Assembly: GCA_964632565.1 (NCBI GenBank)
Contig: CAZWEP010000003.1
Location: forward strand, 3,845-67,844
Direction of reading: 5' to 3'
Origin: an uncultured Marinobacter sp.
GTDB taxonomy: Bacteria > Pseudomonadota > Gammaproteobacteria > Pseudomonadales > Oleiphilaceae
Length of the DNA stretch: 64,000 nt
In this document: one piece after another, positions 60,682 to 64,000 of the stretch
Position numbering within the stretch: the first letter of the stretch is position 1
How the letters are laid out: each line of letters opens with the position of its first letter
The notes under the pieces: generated by a model
Database searches by the model: none
The model's input: only the letters and a program-made list of their open reading frames with translations
Told to the model about the DNA's origin: nothing
Made by a program: the position numbers and the translations under genes

Positions 60682-61018
60682 CAAGCCACACCTAGACGAG
60701 GAAGCCCTGGTTGAACTTCAGGAGGTCATGGAAGATGAGTTTGACGTCCTGATCAAAACCTATATCAAAGACTCCACGGATCGCATTGATCACCTGCGCC
60801 ATGCCCTTGGCTCGGAAGATGCCGATTCCTTTGCCAAGACGGCCCACAGCTTCAAGGGAAGCTCCATCAACATTGGCGCGCCCAAACTTGGCGAGCTTTG
60901 CCTTCAGGCAGAAAAAGCCGGTAAGGATAACCGGCTAAACGATGCGTCCGCAGTTGTTGATGAGATCGAATCCGAGTTCCAACAGGTTGAACAAACCCTG
61001 ATGCGCTTTCTCGACTGA
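60674..61018 (+). CDS. hptB: Hpt histidine phosphotransfer protein (HptB-like)
   Basis: AHSFKGSSINIGA Hpt motif; third gene of the hsbA-hsbR-hptB arrangement. Confidence 0.88.
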   Translation: MNDKPHLDEEALVELQEVMEDEFDVLIKTYIKDSTDRIDHLRHALGSEDADSFAKTAHSFKGSSINIGAPKLGELCLQAEKAGKDNRLNDASAVVDEIESEFQQVEQTLMRFLD

Positions 61019-61037
61019 GCACCGTGCCGTCTGGTTC

Positions 61038-61053
61038 TGGCATCGCTTTTGCT
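61038..61053 (+). promoter_or_regulatory. Sigma54 promoter of fliK
   Basis: TGGCAT-CGCTT-TTGCT (GG-N10-GC). Confidence 0.82.
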
Positions 61054-61123
61054 GAATACCCTGTAACCGATCAAAAATCGGAAAATCAGCGGACTTCATC
61101 AGCAAAAGCGGCAAGAGGTTGCC

Positions 61124-62425
61124 ATGTCACAGATGGTTCTCCCACAAAATCTCTCAAAAAGCGGCACGCCGGATAGCAGTGCCGACCTGTCGTCGTCAAA
61201 ACAGCGCCCGGATAAAGCCGGCGACAGCCGTTTTGATGAGGTGTCACAGGCCGAACGTCGGCGCATGGACGAATCGCGAGCGTCAAAATCAGAATCCCTG
61301 CAGGAAAGCAGGAACAAAGACGTCGACAGGTCCGACAATTCTTCCGCCAGTCAAGCTTCGGAAAAGAGTCCAGAAACGACGCAAGACAAAAGCACTGAGA
61401 CAGCGTCTGCCTCTGGAGATTCGGGCACCAGCGACGAAGCGTCTGACAGCTCAAGCAGAATGGAAAATGGCGATGACGGCACACGAGCTGACGAGGTCAG
61501 GACCGATGGTTTCAAAACGGCGGTGACGACAGAAAAAGCCGACCCTCTGTTAACCGGGTCTGAGGGAACTGACCCGGACACCGCTGACGTGGCCATCACG
61601 TTTGCGGGGCTGCAATCCCTCGCCGCGCCAACACAGCAGGCTGCTGCGGGTATGGCCAAGGCTGCCTCGGTTGCAGCAGCGCCCGCTCAAGCAAACGCCC
61701 AGGGTAATCCGTTTTTCCAGGGGGCGCTTGCTGCGATGGCTGGCGTTAATGGTTCAGGCGGCAAAAACGGGCCGGCGAACGCTGCTCTTCCTGGTCAGAG
61801 CGCCTCTTCCACCAATCGTGCTCTGACAGACGGGATGATTGCAGGCATATCGGTGGATTCAGCAAAATCCGCGGACAGTCCACTGCTGCAGAATGCGGTT
61901 CGATTCCAGGGAACCCTGGATATGGTGAATCAGCAGGCAAACTCACTCAACACGCCCAAAATGGCGCCGGAAAGCGCCGTACTGAGAGGCTATGCCACTT
62001 CTATTGATGTGCCGGTCAGCCACTCGGATTGGGGAGACAAGATGGCGGGTAAGCTGACCTGGCTCACCGCGAGAAACATGTCAGTTGCAGAGATTCACCT
62101 CACCCCACCAGATATGGGGCCCATGGAGGTAAAGGTTCATGTGCAGCAGGATCAGGCCAACATAACCGTGCACTCCGCCAATCCCGTGGTTCGCGAACAG
62201 CTTGAACTCCACAGCCACAGGCTTCGCGATATGCTCAATGAACAGGGCTTCTCGCTGGAACAATTTGACGTGTCAGATTCAGGCGCAGACCAGAATCAGA
62301 ATGGCGAGGCCGAACAGGGCAGCCCTTCTGAGGGCGCTGTTGCTGCCCAGGACTCTGATGATGGCAGTGTTCAAACCCAGTCCCTGGACCTGACCTGGAA
62401 AGGCGAAGTAGATATCTTCGCCTGA
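61124..62425 (+). CDS. fliK: Flagellar hook-length control protein FliK
   Basis: Low-complexity N-terminus; AEIHLTPPDMGPMEV, VREQLE...LRDML, GEVDIFA C-terminus. Confidence 0.93.
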   Translation: MSQMVLPQNLSKSGTPDSSADLSSSKQRPDKAGDSRFDEVSQAERRRMDESRASKSESLQESRNKDVDRSDNSSASQASEKSPETTQDKSTETASASGDSGTSDEASDSSSRMENGDDGTRADEVRTDGFKTAVTTEKADPLLTGSEGTDPDTADVAITFAGLQSLAAPTQQAAAGMAKAASVAAAPAQANAQGNPFFQGALAAMAGVNGSGGKNGPANAALPGQSASSTNRALTDGMIAGISVDSAKSADSPLLQNAVRFQGTLDMVNQQANSLNTPKMAPESAVLRGYATSIDVPVSHSDWGDKMAGKLTWLTARNMSVAEIHLTPPDMGPMEVKVHVQQDQANITVHSANPVVREQLELHSHRLRDMLNEQGFSLEQFDVSDSGADQNQNGEAEQGSPSEGAVAAQDSDDGSVQTQSLDLTWKGEVDIFA

Positions 62426-62522
62426 GCCACGCTACGAAAACTGCACTCTTCTTCCCGTCTTCCTTTGCCCATCCCCCTTCCCAACGCTAAACTGCTGTTC
62501 TAGCAGGGGGGATGAGGCATTC

Positions 62523-62538
62523 TGGCCCGTCCTTTGCT
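62523..62538 (+). promoter_or_regulatory. Sigma54 promoter of the fliL operon
   Basis: TGGCCC-GTCCT-TTGCT (GG-N10-GC). Confidence 0.8.
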
Positions 62539-62589
62539 TCACATTACAATAAACCGATTGTTACGACGGAAATCTGGCAGACGCAACTT

Positions 62590-63096
62590 ATGGCTGAAGA
62601 CAACGCACCCGCGGAAGCGCCGGCAAAAAAGAGCAAGCTCAAGCTGATCATCTTATTGACGCTTGCGGTGATATTGGCAGTCGGTCTGTCTGTCATCGGC
62701 ACGATGTGGTTTATGGGTGCAGAGATCCCGGGCTTGTCGGGAGACGATGAAAGCGCAGAAGACGTTGAAGAAGTTTTTGTGCCAAGCACTTACACGGTTC
62801 TCGATAAGGCGCTGGTAACCACTGTCCAGGCGGAGAATCGTCAGCGGTATGCGCAGGTTTACCTGGCATTTGAGGCCCAGGACCCGGCGGCTCTGGAAGC
62901 GGCCAGCCTTCATTTGCCATTGCTCAGAAGCCAGTTGATTGGCGTATTGGCAGCCAGTCAGTTTCTGGAGCTGCAGACGCCCGAGGGTCGACAGGCGCTG
63001 GCCGCGGACATGTTGTCGGCAGCGAATGCCGTGCTGGAGCAAGAAGGGGAGCCGCCACTGCTTCGGGTGCTGTTCAGAAACTTTGTAGTGCAATAG
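62590..63096 (+). CDS. fliL: Flagellar basal body-associated protein FliL
   Basis: KKSKLKLII TM anchor, RYAQV, PLLRSQL, VLFRNFVVQ. Confidence 0.92.
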   Translation: MAEDNAPAEAPAKKSKLKLIILLTLAVILAVGLSVIGTMWFMGAEIPGLSGDDESAEDVEEVFVPSTYTVLDKALVTTVQAENRQRYAQVYLAFEAQDPAALEAASLHLPLLRSQLIGVLAASQFLELQTPEGRQALAADMLSAANAVLEQEGEPPLLRVLFRNFVVQ

Positions 63097-63129
63097 GGCT
63101 TCACGCTCAAATCAGGGGCTGGAAAACAT

Positions 63130-64000
63130 ATGCAGGACTTACTGTCACAGGATGAAATCGATGCGCTCCTCCACGGTGTGGACGACGGCGACATCGATAC
63201 CTATGAAGAAACCGACAGCGAAGGTATCAAGTCCTACGACCTCGCCAGCCAGGACCGTATTGTTCGTGGTCGGATGCCGACGCTGGAGATGATCAACGAG
63301 CGCTTCGCCCGCTACACCCGAATCAGTCTTTTCAATCTGCTGCGCCGAAACGCCGACGTTTCGACCGGTGGCGTGCAGATTATGAAATTTGGCGAGTACA
63401 TTCATACCTTATACGTTCCAACCAGCCTGAACCTGACCAAGGTACGCCCGCTGCGGGGAACCTCCTTGTTTGTTCTCGACGCCAAGCTTGTCTTCAAGCT
63501 GGTGGACAACTTCTTTGGTGGGGAAGGGCGGCACGCGAAAATTGAGGGCCGTGAGTTCACTCCAACCGAGACCCGAATTGTTCAAATGGTACTGGATCAG
63601 GTGTTCACAGACATGCGTGAAGCCTGGCAGGCCGTTCTGAAAGTGGATTTCGAATACCTCAGTTCCGAGGTTAACCCATCGATGGCAAACATTGTGAGCC
63701 CCAGTGAAGTGGTGGTGGTCAGCACCTTCCACATCGAACTGGATGGCGGCGGCGGTGAGTTGCACCTGGCCATGCCTTACTCAATGATTGAGCCCGTGCG
63801 TGAAGTCTTGGATGCCGGTGTGCAGAGCGACATTGACGACGTTGACGAGCGCTGGGTGAATGCTTTGCAGGAAGACATCAAAGAAGTGGAGGTTCCGGTA
63901 AACGCTATGGTCTGCCGTCGACGGATTTCGTTGCGGGATGTCGCCAATTTTAAGGATGGGGACATCATCCCGGTGGAAATTCCAGAGACTCTGACGGTCA
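63130..64000 (+). CDS. fliM: Flagellar motor switch protein FliM (3' truncated by window edge)
   Basis: Hand translation: MQDLLSQDEIDALLHGVDDG...DRIVRGRMPTLEMINERF...DNFFGGEG; absent from the ORF track because there is no stop in the window. Confidence 0.96.
   Translation, partial: MQDLLSQDEIDALLHGVDDGDIDTYEETDSEGIKSYDLASQDRIVRGRMPTLEMINERFARYTRISLFNLLRRNADVSTGGVQIMKFGEYIHTLYVPTSLNLTKVRPLRGTSLFVLDAKLVFKLVDNFFGGEGRHAKIEGREFTPTETRIVQMVLDQVFTDMREAWQAVLKVDFEYLSSEVNPSMANIVSPSEVVVVSTFHIELDGGGGELHLAMPYSMIEPVREVLDAGVQSDIDDVDERWVNALQEDIKEVEVPVNAMVCRRRISLRDVANFKDGDIIPVEIPETLTV

Noticed and set aside
61124-61900. Ser/Asp/Ala low-complexity region
   Set aside because: Normal disordered ruler region of FliK
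63097-64000. Apparent gene-free gap at the window end
   Set aside because: It is fliM, omitted from the ORF track because its stop lies outside the window

Overview
This is a chromosomal core-genome window from a marine Gammaproteobacterium. Gene content and order suggest Marinobacter, which is an inference and not a database result. From left to right it holds djlA, an HD-GYP phosphodiesterase, alkB, argP/argO, sulP-usp and lipid-related genes. Next come fdxA-mutS, cinA-recA, a small PilZ gene, a LonC-type protease and a two-component pair. A fatty-acyl cluster (MaoC, AraC, FabG-like reductase, thiolase) is interleaved with three tRNAs, followed by an amidase, tamAB, an amidoligase/glutamine-amidotransferase operon, lexA-sulA and DUF1329. 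The window ends with the polar flagellar cluster fleQ-fleSR-fliEFGHIJ-hsbA/hsbR/hptB-fliKLM, with fliM running off the right edge. I found no integrase, transposase, prophage or CRISPR array. Four observations stand out. (1) A sigma28-type promoter drives an unannotated 94-aa protein with DRR repeats, including an FxGPDRR motif like the c-di-GMP-binding repeat of Caulobacter Cle proteins, directly upstream of a PilZ gene. (2) A membrane protein has a complete S1-S4 voltage-sensor signature but no pore. (3) An amidoligase + GATase + SIMPL operon sits back-to-back with lexA. (4) There are structured non-coding segments upstream of sulP and downstream of tRNA-Val. All functional assignments come from motif recognition by eye.
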